This document shows positions 8,406-18,689 of a stretch of DNA of 64,000 bases, one piece after another (position 1 is the stretch's first letter; each line of letters begins with the position of its first letter). The translations under genes and the position numbers were made by a program. The notes beneath the pieces are model-generated. The model was not told the DNA's origin. It ran no database searches and saw only the letters and a program-made list of their open reading frames with translations. The DNA comes from Alphaproteobacteria bacterium. GTDB lineage: Bacteria; Pseudomonadota; Alphaproteobacteria; Bin95. The stretch lies in the NCBI GenBank assembly GCA_965205265.1, contig CBDBGH010000003.1, positions 4,416,001 through 4,480,000 on the forward strand, written 5' to 3'.

Positions 8406-8716
8406 CAAGGGTACGCGTCCAGAGGGCCGCCGCACTCCGTATCGAGGAAATCTACCGCTACAGCCGCGAGCGCTGGGGCGAAGCCCAGGCGGAATCCTAT
8501 GTCACGGGCCTGTTCGAAGCCTTCGATGACATCGCAACCGGCGCGGTCGCGTCGCGCCCGGTTCCGGCGGAGTTCGGAGTGGAGGGCTATGTCTTCCGCT
8601 ACCGGAGGCATTTCATCTACTGGAAGACCCTGAGCGACGGAGCGATCGGCATCGTCACCGTACTTCACGAACGCATGCACCGGGTCGAACGCTTCCAGGA
8701 AGACCGCGAGCCGTAA
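8402..8716 (+). CDS. RelE/ParE family toxin
   Basis: IEEIYRYS.ERWG..QA..Y, HFIYW and VLHERM motifs. Confidence 0.85.
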   Translation: MTRVRVQRAAALRIEEIYRYSRERWGEAQAESYVTGLFEAFDDIATGAVASRPVPAEFGVEGYVFRYRRHFIYWKTLSDGAIGIVTVLHERMHRVERFQEDREP

Positions 8717-8731
8717 GCCGGCCGCCACCCG

Positions 8732-10225
8732 TCAGCGCCTTATGCGCATCAGCAGCACCAGCGGCAGCGCGGCGAGGGCGACGGCTGTGTAGGCGGTGAA
8801 GGCGTTGAGATAGCCGATCATCGCGGCCTGCTGGCCGATCTCGCCGCTGAGTGCGGCAAGGCCCGAGGCCGTGCCCGTGTCGATGACCGCGAGCGCCTCG
8901 TTGTAGGGGGTGATGAATTCCGTGAGCCGCCCGTAGTTCACGCCGCCCGTGCGCAGCAGCACCGTCACGCTCACCGAGATGAAGAAGCTGGAGCCCAGAT
9001 TGCGCATCAGGTGATAGACGGAGGAGGTCTCCGGCAGGTAGCGCGGATCGAGGGTCGAGAAGGTCGCGACCGTGAGCGGCACCCAGGTGACGCCGACGGC
9101 GACGCCCTGCATCCAGGAGACCAGCGCCACGTCCCACCAGGTGGCGTTGGCGTCGAACTGCATCATGATCCAGCCGGATGCCGCCATGATGGCGAAGCCC
9201 GCGCTCATGCCGATGCGCGGGTCGAGCCTGCCCACATACATGGCGAGGAAGAAGCCCAGGATCGCGCCCACGCCCCGCGCGGCCACCAGCTGGCCGACCA
9301 CCGCGTTCGGGAAGCCCGCCAGGTCCTGCAGCATGGGCGGCAGCATCACCATCGGGGTGAAGTTCAGCATGCCGTATATGCCGACAATGCAGAGCCCGAG
9401 CGCATAGTTGCGGTCGAGCAGCAGCTTGAGGTTCAGGAAAGGCCGCCGGGTGGTCAGGCTGTGGGCCAGGAAGATGTAGAGGCCGATGCCGGCAAGACAG
9501 GCTTCCAGCAGGATCTCGGTCGAGTCGAACCAGTCGCGGCGCTCGCCCCGGTCCATCATCAGCTGGAAGCAGACGACCGCGACGGAGAGCGCAAGGAACC
9601 CGGTCCAGTCGAGCCGCGCGCGACGGAGCCTGCCGCCGTCGGTGAGCACCAGCCACATCGCAAGCCAGCTTGCGCCCGCCACCGGCACGACCATGAAGAA
9701 CGCCCAGCGCCAATTGTAGACTTCCGTCAGGTAGCCGCCCACGACCGGGCCGATGACGGGTCCGACGACGACGCCCATGCCGAACGCCGCCATGGCGGTG
9801 CCGTGCTGCGCGCGGGGATAGGTGTCCTGGGTGATGGCCTGGGCGAGCGGGATGATCGGCGCCCCCGCTGCGCCCTGGACGACGCGGAAGAGCACGAGCG
9901 ACTCCAGCGATGTCGCGAAGCCGCAACCGAGCGTGGCCGCGCCGAAGACCGCCATGCCCCAGAGCATCACCGCGCGGCGTCCGAAACGGCCCGTCAGCCA
10001 TCCGGTCATCGGCGTCACGATGGCGGTCGCGACGATGTTGAAGGTCATCGCCCAGGCGATCTGGTCCTGCGTCGCGGAGAGCGAGCCCTGCATTTGCGGC
10101 AGCACCGTCGAGACGACGAGCACGGTGGTGCCGTAGAGCGTCGTGGAGAGCGTCACGGCGGCCAGGATCGACGCCCGCCTGAGCGCCGAGAGGTTCCTGC
10201 CGCCGAACGCCTCCTCCCCGTTCAC
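8732..10225 (-). CDS. DHA2 (EmrB/QacA) MFS efflux transporter
   Basis: GWLTGRFGRR, GPVIGPVVGGYLTE.YNWRWAFF, about 14 TM segments; GTG start overlaps the upstream TGA. Confidence 0.88.
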   Translation of the reverse strand: MNGEEAFGGRNLSALRRASILAAVTLSTTLYGTTVLVVSTVLPQMQGSLSATQDQIAWAMTFNIVATAIVTPMTGWLTGRFGRRAVMLWGMAVFGAATLGCGFATSLESLVLFRVVQGAAGAPIIPLAQAITQDTYPRAQHGTAMAAFGMGVVVGPVIGPVVGGYLTEVYNWRWAFFMVVPVAGASWLAMWLVLTDGGRLRRARLDWTGFLALSVAVVCFQLMMDRGERRDWFDSTEILLEACLAGIGLYIFLAHSLTTRRPFLNLKLLLDRNYALGLCIVGIYGMLNFTPMVMLPPMLQDLAGFPNAVVGQLVAARGVGAILGFFLAMYVGRLDPRIGMSAGFAIMAASGWIMMQFDANATWWDVALVSWMQGVAVGVTWVPLTVATFSTLDPRYLPETSSVYHLMRNLGSSFFISVSVTVLLRTGGVNYGRLTEFITPYNEALAVIDTGTASGLAALSGEIGQQAAMIGYLNAFTAYTAVALAALPLVLLMRIRR

Positions 10226-10683
10226 GGGGCGAGGACGCGCATGAGGAAACGCCGGGCCTCCGCACCTATGCCGGGCGCCTGGCTTTCGCGCGGGCCGGCG
10301 ATGTTGAGCCGGCGGACGCCGTGGCGCCGGAGCCAGGCCGCGGCGGCGGGCGCCTGCACGCGGCGCGAGAGGTCGGCGATGCGCAGCGGGCGGCCCGACC
10401 GCCGGGCGATGGCGGCCGTGAGGCGCGTGCCGCCGGTGAGCGGGCCCCGGCAAAGGATCAGGGTCGCGTCGCTGTCGCGGACATTCAGGCGTGTGCGCAC
10501 GCGGTAGGCGGCGCTCGCCGTCTCGGTGAGGGGATAGCGTTCGGGGACCGGGCCGTCCTCGGCGCGCCGCCCGCGCGGGCACCAGCCGCCGACGGCAAGG
10601 CCGAGCGCCAGCGCGGCGTCGAGTCCGGCCCGGTCCACGCCCGTCTGCCCGCCCGAAACGATCTCCTCCACCGGATGCGTCAT
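10222..10683 (-). CDS. putative molybdenum carrier / SLOG-family protein
   Basis: IVSGGQTGVDRAGLDAA, GGWCP.GRRAEDG, RTRLNVRDSDATL, LNIAGPRES. Confidence 0.85.
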   Translation of the reverse strand: MTHPVEEIVSGGQTGVDRAGLDAALALGLAVGGWCPRGRRAEDGPVPERYPLTETASAAYRVRTRLNVRDSDATLILCRGPLTGGTRLTAAIARRSGRPLRIADLSRRVQAPAAAAWLRRHGVRRLNIAGPRESQAPGIGAEARRFLMRVLAP

Positions 10684-12026
10684 GGCCGCCGCGATAGCAC
10701 GACGAAGCGCGCGCACAGAAGCCCCAGCGAGATAGCCGTCGAAAGGATCACCGCCTCGAACAGCCCGGCCACGCCCCGCTCCAGCCCGAACGCCAGCAGC
10801 AGCGAGAGCGGCACCATGCAGCCGATGAAGGCGAAGGCCTGTAGCGCCGTCGGCACCCAGGCGTCGGCGCAGCCGCGCAGCGCGTTCAACATCAGAGTCT
10901 GCCCGCCGTCGAAGAGGGGCATGAGCCCGGCCAGCACCAGCACCGGGACCGCGGCCGCAAGCACGGCGGCTTCCGACGAGTAGATGGCGGCGAGGGGCCG
11001 GGCGAGCACCGCCATGAGCGCGCCCGAGGCGGCCATGAGGACGATCGTGACCGCAAGCCCCATCCAGCCGGCGGCGATCCAGCGCCGCCGGTCGCCGCGC
11101 CCGTACGCATTGCCGATGCGAACGCTGGTGGCGATGCCGACGCCGTTCGCCACCATGAAGATGACCGAGATGACATTCAGCACGATGGTGAAGACCGCAA
11201 GCGGGACCGTGCCGAGCCAGCCGGCGAACAGGTGGATGGCAGTGAAGGCGCCCATCTCGACGGCGATGGCGACGGCCGCGGCGTAGCCCACCATCCGCTG
11301 CACCCGCCAGCGCCGCCAGCGCCAGTCGGCGCGGGCGCGGACGCCCAGCCGCGTCCGGTCCGGCATCCACCAGGCCCAGGCGAGCAGGAACGACGCGAGC
11401 CCCCAGCGTATGCCGGTGGTGGCCCAGGCGGAGCCCTCCGCGCCCAGCTCCGGCAGGCCGAACAGGCCGTGGACCAGCAGCAGGTCGGCCGGGATGTTGA
11501 CCAGATTGGCGGCGACGATGGCCCAGGCGGCCGGGCGCGGGCGCCGCACGCCTTCGAGGAAGAAGGCGGTGGCGAAATAGAGGAAGGCGGCCGGATAGCC
11601 GAGCGCCAGGATGAAGAAGACCCGTCCGGCGCCCGCCGCCACATCCCCGCTCTGCCCGGTGAGCAGCAGCACCTCGCGCCCGAACATCCCGAGCAACAGG
11701 CCGACAATGCCGAAGGCGAGCGCGACCGGCACGGCGCGCCGCCAGGCCGCGCCGCTCTCGGCCTCCTCGCCGCGCCCCATGGCCTGCGCCGCCGCGACTG
11801 TGGTGCCGGTGAGCAGCCCCATCGCGGTCAGCAGCAGCGGCAGATAGACCGCGACGCCGAGCGAGAGATATCCCAGTTCCGCCGAGGAGTAGCGGCCGAC
11901 GATGATCGTGTCGGCCACTGTCATCGCCAGCACGCCGGCGCGGCTCACCACCACCGGCAGGGCGAGCCGGTAGAGGTCGGCCAGATGGCCGAGGACGAGG
12001 CGGCGGCGAAGGCGCATGGGCGGCAA
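10680..12026 (-). CDS. MATE family efflux transporter
   Basis: LALPVVV...DTIIVGR, GLPELGAEGSAWAT, SVRIGNAYG. Confidence 0.88.
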   Translation of the reverse strand: MPPMRLRRRLVLGHLADLYRLALPVVVSRAGVLAMTVADTIIVGRYSSAELGYLSLGVAVYLPLLLTAMGLLTGTTVAAAQAMGRGEEAESGAAWRRAVPVALAFGIVGLLLGMFGREVLLLTGQSGDVAAGAGRVFFILALGYPAAFLYFATAFFLEGVRRPRPAAWAIVAANLVNIPADLLLVHGLFGLPELGAEGSAWATTGIRWGLASFLLAWAWWMPDRTRLGVRARADWRWRRWRVQRMVGYAAAVAIAVEMGAFTAIHLFAGWLGTVPLAVFTIVLNVISVIFMVANGVGIATSVRIGNAYGRGDRRRWIAAGWMGLAVTIVLMAASGALMAVLARPLAAIYSSEAAVLAAAVPVLVLAGLMPLFDGGQTLMLNALRGCADAWVPTALQAFAFIGCMVPLSLLLAFGLERGVAGLFEAVILSTAISLGLLCARFVVLSRRP

Positions 12027-12072
12027 TCGGCCTTTCTGTTAGCGTCGCGGGCAGCGGCGGGAGGCGGGGCCC

Positions 12073-13545
12073 ATGCGGATTGCGGTCGGTGGATTTCACC
12101 ACGAGACGAATACTTTTGCGCCGACAAAGGCAAGCTTCGAGATGTTCCGCCGCGCCGACGGCTGGCCGGGGCTCTGCCGGGGCGAGGCCGTTCTTGCCGA
12201 TACCGCCGGCATAAACCTGCCGATAGCGGGCTTTCTGGAGGCGGCGCGCGCCTCCGGCCGCGACTTCGCGCCGCTGGCCTGGGCGAATGCCAGCCCCTCG
12301 GCCGAGGTCGAGGAAGAAGCCTTTGAGCGCATCGCCGGCATGATCGTGGACGGCCTGCGGGGCGCGGGGCCGGTGGACGCGGTCTATCTGGACCTGCACG
12401 GCGCGATGGTGGCCGAGCATCTGGAGGACGGCGAGGGCGAGCTGCTGCGCCGCGTGCGCGATGTCATCGGCCCGGATGTGCCCGTCGTGGCGAGCCTCGA
12501 CCTGCATGCCAATGTCTCGCCGCTCATGGCGGAGAAGGCGGACGCGCTGGTCGTCTTCCGCACCTATCCGCATGTGGACATGGCGGATACGGGCGCACGC
12601 ACGGCCCGCCTGCTGGAGCGCATCCTCGCCGAGGGGCGGCCGGCCAAGGCGTTCCGGCAGGTCCCCTTCCTCATCCCGCTGACGGCGCAATGCACGCTGG
12701 TGGAGCCGGCGGCGGGCCTCTATGCGGGTCTGGATGGACGGGAGCGGGGCGCCGTCTGCTCCGTCTCGCTCGCAGGCGGCTTCCCGCTCGCCGACACGCC
12801 GGATTGCGGTCCGGCCGCGCTCGCCTATGCCGGCGACGGGCGGAGTGCTGCGGAAGCGGCCGACGCGCTGGCGGACGCGGTGCTGGCGGTGCGCGGGCGC
12901 TTCGCCGCCGATTTCCTTTCGCCCGAGGAGGTGGTGGCGCGCGCCGACCGGGTAGGGCGCGCTGGCCGGCCGGCCGTCATTGCGGACAGTTGCGACAATC
13001 CGGGCGGCGGCGGCGACGGCGACACGACGGGCCTCCTGCGGGCGCTGGCAGCCGCGCGGCCGGAGGGCGCGGTGCTGGGCCTCCTGATCGACGCCGAAGC
13101 CGCCGCCGCCGCGCATGAGGCGGGCGAAGGCGGGCGCCTCTCGCTCGCGCTCGGCGGGCGCTCCGGCATTCCGGGCGACGCGCCCTTCGAGACCGACGCT
13201 GTCGTGCGCCGGCTCGGCGACGGGTCGTTCACCTGCACAGGGCCGTTCTACGGCGGCAACCGGATGCAGCTCGGGCCGATGGCGCTGCTGGAGATTGCCG
13301 GCGGCGTGCGGGCGGCGGTGGCGAGCCGCAAGGTGCAGGCGGCGGACAAGGAAATGTTCCGCCATCTGGGCGTGGAGCCGGCGGACTGCCGCATTCTGGC
13401 ACTCAAGAGCTCGGTGCATTTCCGCGCCGATTTCGGGCCGATCGCAGGCGAGGTGCTGATCGCGGCCGCGCCCGGCCCGGTGGCGGCGGACCCGGGCACG
13501 CTCGCCTTCACCCGACTTCGTCCGGGCGTGGCCAGGAGGCCCTGA
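12073..13545 (+). CDS. M81 family metallopeptidase (MlrC-like)
   Basis: GFHHETNTF, LDLHGAMV, SLDLHAN, RTYPHVD, DNPGGG, KSSVHFRADF. Confidence 0.9.
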   Translation: MRIAVGGFHHETNTFAPTKASFEMFRRADGWPGLCRGEAVLADTAGINLPIAGFLEAARASGRDFAPLAWANASPSAEVEEEAFERIAGMIVDGLRGAGPVDAVYLDLHGAMVAEHLEDGEGELLRRVRDVIGPDVPVVASLDLHANVSPLMAEKADALVVFRTYPHVDMADTGARTARLLERILAEGRPAKAFRQVPFLIPLTAQCTLVEPAAGLYAGLDGRERGAVCSVSLAGGFPLADTPDCGPAALAYAGDGRSAAEAADALADAVLAVRGRFAADFLSPEEVVARADRVGRAGRPAVIADSCDNPGGGGDGDTTGLLRALAAARPEGAVLGLLIDAEAAAAAHEAGEGGRLSLALGGRSGIPGDAPFETDAVVRRLGDGSFTCTGPFYGGNRMQLGPMALLEIAGGVRAAVASRKVQAADKEMFRHLGVEPADCRILALKSSVHFRADFGPIAGEVLIAAAPGPVAADPGTLAFTRLRPGVARRP

Positions 13546-14197
13546 AGAGGGGCAGCAGCGCAATCCCGGCCGCGAAGCCGCCGATATGCGCCCAGTAGGC
13601 GATCTGCGCTCCCTCCCCGAAGGTCGAGAGGCCGAAGAAGAACTGGACGGCGAACCAGCCCGCCACCAGCAGCCAGGCCGGCAGGCGCAGCGGCACGACG
13701 AAGAACAGCACCAGGATGCGCGCGCGGGGGCTCAGCACCAGATAGGCCCCCAATATGCCGGAGATGGCCCCGCTCGCCCCGATCAGCGGCACGGCCGAGG
13801 AGGGCTCCGTCAGCCCGTGGGCGAGTGCGGCCAGCACCCCGCAAAGCAGGAAGAAGAGGGCGAAGCGCAGATGGCCCATCGCGTCCTCGACATTGTCGCC
13901 GAAGATGTAGAGGAAGGCCATGTTGCCGAGCAGGTGGGCGAAGTCGCCATGCAGGAACTGCGTCGTCACCAGCGAGAAGGGCGCGGGCAGGATGGCGAGG
14001 TCCGGGCGCAGCTGCAGATCGCCGAGCACCCGCCCCGGCACGAAGCCGAGCGCCAGCAGCCGGCGGTATTCCACCGCCTCCGGCAGTCCCGTCTGCCAGA
14101 TGAACACGACCGCGCAAAGCAGGATCGCGCCCCAGGTGACGAAGGGCGTATCGATGCGCGTGCGCTCATTGTCGTCATGGATCGGCATGAACGGCAT
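13508..14197 (-). CDS. rhomboid intramembrane serine protease
   Basis: FLHG..HLLGNM, GDNVED, GASGAISG, AHIGGF. Confidence 0.9.
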   Translation of the reverse strand: MPFMPIHDDNERTRIDTPFVTWGAILLCAVVFIWQTGLPEAVEYRRLLALGFVPGRVLGDLQLRPDLAILPAPFSLVTTQFLHGDFAHLLGNMAFLYIFGDNVEDAMGHLRFALFFLLCGVLAALAHGLTEPSSAVPLIGASGAISGILGAYLVLSPRARILVLFFVVPLRLPAWLLVAGWFAVQFFFGLSTFGEGAQIAYWAHIGGFAAGIALLPLFRASWPRPDEVG

Positions 14198-14278
14198 GCG
14201 CGCGAGACTAGCAGCTTGCGGCGTTCCGCGTGCTACTCTCCGCCCCCGACGATGGCGGGCGGAAGGGCGCGGGATCGC

Positions 14279-16303
14279 ATGGAGAATCTCTGGTCCGACC
14301 GGGAGGCGGAGGCGGCGGTCGCTCGCTGGGGGGCGGACGGCGCGGACCCGGACCTCGCGCTCCGGGTCTATACGACGCGCCTCCTCGGCGGCGAGCCGCG
14401 CCTTGTGCTGCACGGAGGCGGCAATACCTCGCTCAAGACGCGCATGACGGACCTCGCCGGCGACGAGGTGGAGGTGCTTTGCGTCAAGGGCTCGGGCTGG
14501 GACATGGCGCGGATCGAGCCGCCCGGCCTGCCCGCGGTCCGGCTCGCACCGCTCCGGCGCCTCAGGCAGAGGGAGGCGCTCTCCGACGAGGACATGGTCG
14601 CCGCCCACCGGTCCGCCCTGCTCGACCCGGCCGCGCCCTCGCCCTCGGTCGAGACCCTGCTGCACGCCTTCCTGCCGCACCGCTATATCGACCACACCCA
14701 TGCCAATGCCGTGCTGGCGCTGACCGACCAGCCGGACGGGGCGGCGCTCTGCCGCGAGGTCTTCGGCGACAAAGTCGCGCTCGTGCCCTACATCATGCCG
14801 GGCTTCGCGCTTGCGCGGAAAGCCGCCGAGGTCTTCGAGGCGCAGCCGGACTGCGAGGGCCTGATCCTGCTGAACCACGGCGTCTTCACCTTCGGGGAGA
14901 CCGCGCGGGAAGCCTATGACCGCATGATTCGAGTCGCGAGCCTGGCGGAAGCGCGCCTGGCGGCGGCCCCGGCGAAGGTGTTCGCGAGCGCCCGGCTGCC
15001 GGACCGGCCCGCCGCGCCGGAGGAGATCGCGCCCGTGCTGCGCGGCCTGCTGGCGCGGCCCGCATCGGAGCCGGACGGCGAGCCGGGCCGCCTCCTGCTC
15101 GCCTTCCGGGGCGGGGAACGCATAAGGCGTTTCGTCGATGGGGCGGAGGTTGCGCGCTACGGGCTCGCCGGCACGGTCACGCCCGACCACTCGCTCCGGG
15201 TCAAGTCCTGGCCGGTGCTGTTGCCGCCGGCGCGGGCGGGCGCAGGGGATGAGTTCGCAAAGGACGCGGCGGCGGCCATCCGGCGCTTCGAGGCGGACTA
15301 CATGGCCTATTTCGAGCGCGGCAATGCGCGCGCCGGCGGCAGCCGCACGGCGCTCGACCCCGCCCCGCGCGTGTTGCTGGCGCCGGGCGTCGGCCTCTTC
15401 GCCGCGGGCCGGGACGCGAAATCCGCCGCCATCGCCGCCGATCTCGCCGAGGCCGCGGTCGAGGTCATCGCCGACGCCGAGCGCATCGGGCGGTTCCAAA
15501 GCATCGGCGAGGCGGACCTGTTCGACATCGAATACTGGCCGCTGGAGCAGGCGAAGCTCGGCCGCGCCGCACCCCCGCCGCTGGCAGGGCAGGTGGCGGT
15601 GGTGACGGGCGCGGCGGGCGCCATCGGGCAGGCGGTCATGGCGGCCTTCCGCGCGGAGGGGGCGGAGCCGGTCGGCCTCGACCTCGAAGCCGGCCCGGAC
15701 ATCATCGCCTGCGACGTGACCCGCCCGGAGGCGGTCGAGGCGGCTTTCGCCGAGGTCTGCCGCATGCATGGCGGCGTCGATATCCTGGTCTCGAATGCGG
15801 GCGCGGCCTGGCAGGGGCGCATCGGCGAGGTGGGCGAGGCGGAGCTGCGCCGGAGCTTCGAGCTCAACTTCTTCGCCCACCAGTCGGTCGCGCAGGCCGC
15901 GGTGCGCATCATGCGGGCGCAGGGCACAGGCGGCAGCCTGCTCTTCAATGTCTCCAAGCAGGCGGTAAACCCCGGCCCGGATTTCGGCCCCTACGGCGTA
16001 GCCAAGGCCGCGACGCTGGCCCTTATGCGCCAGTATGCCATCGACTACGGGCGCGACGGCATCGCCGCCAACGCCGTCAATGCGGACCGCATCCGCAGCG
16101 GCCTGCTGGACGACGAGTTGGTGGCGGCGCGGGCGAAGGCGCGGGGCGTGAGCGAAGCCGAGTACATGCGCGGCAACCTGCTCGGCCGCGAGGTGCTGGC
16201 GGCGGACGTGGCGCGCGCCTTCGCCGACCTCGCCCGCGCGCGCAAGACCACCGGCGCAGTACTCACCGTCGATGGCGGCAACATCGCCGCCGCCATGCGC
16301 TAG
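14279..16303 (+). CDS. bifunctional class II aldolase / short-chain dehydrogenase (RhaD-SDR type)
   Basis: LVLHGGGNTSLK, PSVETLLH, DHTHA, EYWPLEQAKL, TGAAGAIG, YGVAK. Confidence 0.9.
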   Translation: MENLWSDREAEAAVARWGADGADPDLALRVYTTRLLGGEPRLVLHGGGNTSLKTRMTDLAGDEVEVLCVKGSGWDMARIEPPGLPAVRLAPLRRLRQREALSDEDMVAAHRSALLDPAAPSPSVETLLHAFLPHRYIDHTHANAVLALTDQPDGAALCREVFGDKVALVPYIMPGFALARKAAEVFEAQPDCEGLILLNHGVFTFGETAREAYDRMIRVASLAEARLAAAPAKVFASARLPDRPAAPEEIAPVLRGLLARPASEPDGEPGRLLLAFRGGERIRRFVDGAEVARYGLAGTVTPDHSLRVKSWPVLLPPARAGAGDEFAKDAAAAIRRFEADYMAYFERGNARAGGSRTALDPAPRVLLAPGVGLFAAGRDAKSAAIAADLAEAAVEVIADAERIGRFQSIGEADLFDIEYWPLEQAKLGRAAPPPLAGQVAVVTGAAGAIGQAVMAAFRAEGAEPVGLDLEAGPDIIACDVTRPEAVEAAFAEVCRMHGGVDILVSNAGAAWQGRIGEVGEAELRRSFELNFFAHQSVAQAAVRIMRAQGTGGSLLFNVSKQAVNPGPDFGPYGVAKAATLALMRQYAIDYGRDGIAANAVNADRIRSGLLDDELVAARAKARGVSEAEYMRGNLLGREVLAADVARAFADLARARKTTGAVLTVDGGNIAAAMR

Positions 16304-16321
16304 GCCGCTCTTCCATCTTCA

Positions 16322-16406
16322 CCCCCTCCCCCTCCCGGCGGGGAGCCTGCCCCGGACCGCGCCTGTTCCCGCCTCCGCGCGGGGAATCCGGGGGTCGGGA
16401 GGGGGG
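16322..16406. terminator. long imperfect GC hairpin between convergent genes
   Basis: Nested inverted repeats CCCCTCCCG/CGGGAGGGG, CCCCGGA/TCCGGGG and CCGCGC/GCGCGG. Confidence 0.4.
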
Positions 16407-16424
16407 CCTTCCGGCGCAGCGGCC

Positions 16425-18632
16425 CTACCCGCCTTTGCCGTACGGATTCGCCGCAGGCCCGCCGCCCGCCTCGTCTTCGCCGCCAGCAGGCGGAACCGGC
16501 GCATAGTGGGCCGGAACCGCGCCGCCCGCCGCGAGGCGCCGGCGGGCCTCCGCCGGCGTCTCGACCAGCGCCGCGGCCGCCAGCGCCGCCTTGCGGTCCA
16601 CCGGGTCGGGCGCGTGGCGGTCCGGCGGCGGCATCGCATCGGCGTGGTAATAGGCGATCTTCTGGCGCGCCGCATCGACCCGCTTGGCCGGATCGATCTC
16701 GCGCTCATTGGCGCCCTTCGCGGCGACCGTGACGCCGTCCACGATCTCGTGGTCGAACCACCATTTCTTCACGAGATTGCGCCGGCCGTTGCCGAGCCGG
16801 TCGTCGAGCCAGGTGGCGACCGGCACGAGCGCCGGCTTCAGGAACATCGCATTGACGCCGAGCCAGCTCGCCATGCGCGGCAGGAGGCCGCCGTCCATGT
16901 CCACCACCTTGTTGAGCGGACAGGTCTTCATGCAGCGCCCGCAGGCCGAGCCGCGCATGTTGGTGAGCCGGTAGCGGGTGCAGCGCTCCACGTCCGGCTT
17001 CCACATCTCGTAGCCGTTGAACATCACCTTGTCCCCGTGCGGAATGGCGTCGCAGGGGCATTCCCGGTCGCATTTGTGGCAATGGTCGCAGAAATACTGG
17101 AGGCCGAAATCTATCGGCTGGTCCACCTCCATCGGCATGTCGGTGGTGAGCACCACGGACTTGAAGCGCGGGCCGACAAAGGGATTGAGCACCAGCTCGC
17201 CGATGCGGCTGAGCTCGCCCAGCCCCGCCCAGAGCAGCAGCGGGATGTGCAACACGTCGCTGTCCGCATTGGTCTGGGCGCGGGAGGGGAAGCCCAGGCC
17301 GCGCAGCGTCTCGCCCATGATGCCGGCGATCTCCGCGCCGCGCAGATAGCCGCGCATGGACTGCGCGCCGGAAATCCAGTCGTCGCCGCTCGCCCCCTCC
17401 ATGGTGTCGTAGCCCTGGTCGATCAGCATGACGACGGCATAGCGGTGGTACATCTCTATCGGGCTGCCGTCCTCCCGGTGCGAGAACCAGGCGTAGCGTG
17501 GAATCTCGCAAATGCCCGTGAGGTCGGAGCCCAGGAAATAGGAGAGCGCCTTGACCGCGCGGGCATTCGCCGCCGGGTCGCCATAGCGATCCCTGTCCCC
17601 CTCCGGAGCTGCTTCGCCGTCCTGGTGGGGCACCATGGCGCGGATAAGCTGGAGCTGGGAGAAGGAGAGCGGATGCTTGAAGGCGAAGCGGGCGCGCTCG
17701 CGCCGGGACTTCTCGCCGAGGTCGCCCTTGGCCGCGCGGGTGAAGAAGGCGGCGCGCTGCGGCACGCGCGGCACCTCCTCGTCGATGATGAGGGTGGTCG
17801 GCCGGTCCACGCGGCGGACCTGCTCCATCGGGTAGCGGCTCCAGTGCGACTTGCGCCTTGCGCGCCGCGCGCGCTCGCGGCCGGAGACCGCGCCGGCGAT
17901 GCCCTTGCGGTAAGCCCGGCCCTGCGCTCGCGCGGCGCCCGGGGCCAGCGGGCTGTCGCACTCCAGTTCGTAGTTGGTCGAGATTACGGCGAGCGCGAAC
18001 CCGCCCTCGATATAGGGGTTGCGCAGCCCGCCGCCTTGCCTGCGCAGGCAGAGCCCGGCCAGCACGGCGAGCCGTTCCAGATCGAGGCTCTCGCCGCCGG
18101 CATGGTGGATGCGGGCCTCGAAGCCCATCTGGCGGATATGGCCGGCGGTGCAGCCGGCGATCTCGAGCACGCGCATCTCGGCCGTGGCGGCAACGGCCTC
18201 CTCCACCCAGGCGCGGGCGAGATTGCCCCGATCCGGCAGGGCGGGACAGGCGACCAGGATGACGACCGCGTGGCTGTGGCCTTCCAGCGCCGGGCAGCCT
18301 TCCAGCCAGGCGTTCTCCGGGATCCGGCAGATGCCGACCTGGTCGGCGTCCATGAAATAGGAGCAGCCCTTGATGTCCTCGGCGCGCCGGTCGAGCCGGG
18401 CCGGCACGGGCGCCGTCTCCGCCGCCGGCCCGCCTTCCGCGAAGCCGGCGAACAGCTCGCGGTAATGCAGCACGGCCGGCCCGAGCGCCCCGCCGGCCTC
18501 CGCAGCTTCCGTGGGCCCGGCCGGGGGCTGCGCCGCCTCCGCCGCGGTCACGGTCCCGTCGCGCGGCAACACCTCCATCGGATAGGTGCCGAGATGGAAC
18601 GGCCGGTTCTTCGATGCGTGGTGGAACAGCAT
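16425..18632 (-). CDS. rdhA: cobalamin-dependent reductive dehalogenase, catabolic NpRdhA/BhbA type
   Basis: GLGELSRIG, NPFVGPRFKS..LTTDMP, two Fe-S motifs (FCDHCHKCDRECPCDAI, CGRCMKTCP), duplicated N-terminal domain, no Tat signal. Confidence 0.85.
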   Translation of the reverse strand: MLFHHASKNRPFHLGTYPMEVLPRDGTVTAAEAAQPPAGPTEAAEAGGALGPAVLHYRELFAGFAEGGPAAETAPVPARLDRRAEDIKGCSYFMDADQVGICRIPENAWLEGCPALEGHSHAVVILVACPALPDRGNLARAWVEEAVAATAEMRVLEIAGCTAGHIRQMGFEARIHHAGGESLDLERLAVLAGLCLRRQGGGLRNPYIEGGFALAVISTNYELECDSPLAPGAARAQGRAYRKGIAGAVSGRERARRARRKSHWSRYPMEQVRRVDRPTTLIIDEEVPRVPQRAAFFTRAAKGDLGEKSRRERARFAFKHPLSFSQLQLIRAMVPHQDGEAAPEGDRDRYGDPAANARAVKALSYFLGSDLTGICEIPRYAWFSHREDGSPIEMYHRYAVVMLIDQGYDTMEGASGDDWISGAQSMRGYLRGAEIAGIMGETLRGLGFPSRAQTNADSDVLHIPLLLWAGLGELSRIGELVLNPFVGPRFKSVVLTTDMPMEVDQPIDFGLQYFCDHCHKCDRECPCDAIPHGDKVMFNGYEMWKPDVERCTRYRLTNMRGSACGRCMKTCPLNKVVDMDGGLLPRMASWLGVNAMFLKPALVPVATWLDDRLGNGRRNLVKKWWFDHEIVDGVTVAAKGANEREIDPAKRVDAARQKIAYYHADAMPPPDRHAPDPVDRKAALAAAALVETPAEARRRLAAGGAVPAHYAPVPPAGGEDEAGGGPAANPYGKGG

Positions 18633-18689
18633 GGCCCCGCCGCCTTGTCCGCGCTCAGCAGGGACTCCAGCCCGCCGCCCGCCCCGCTG

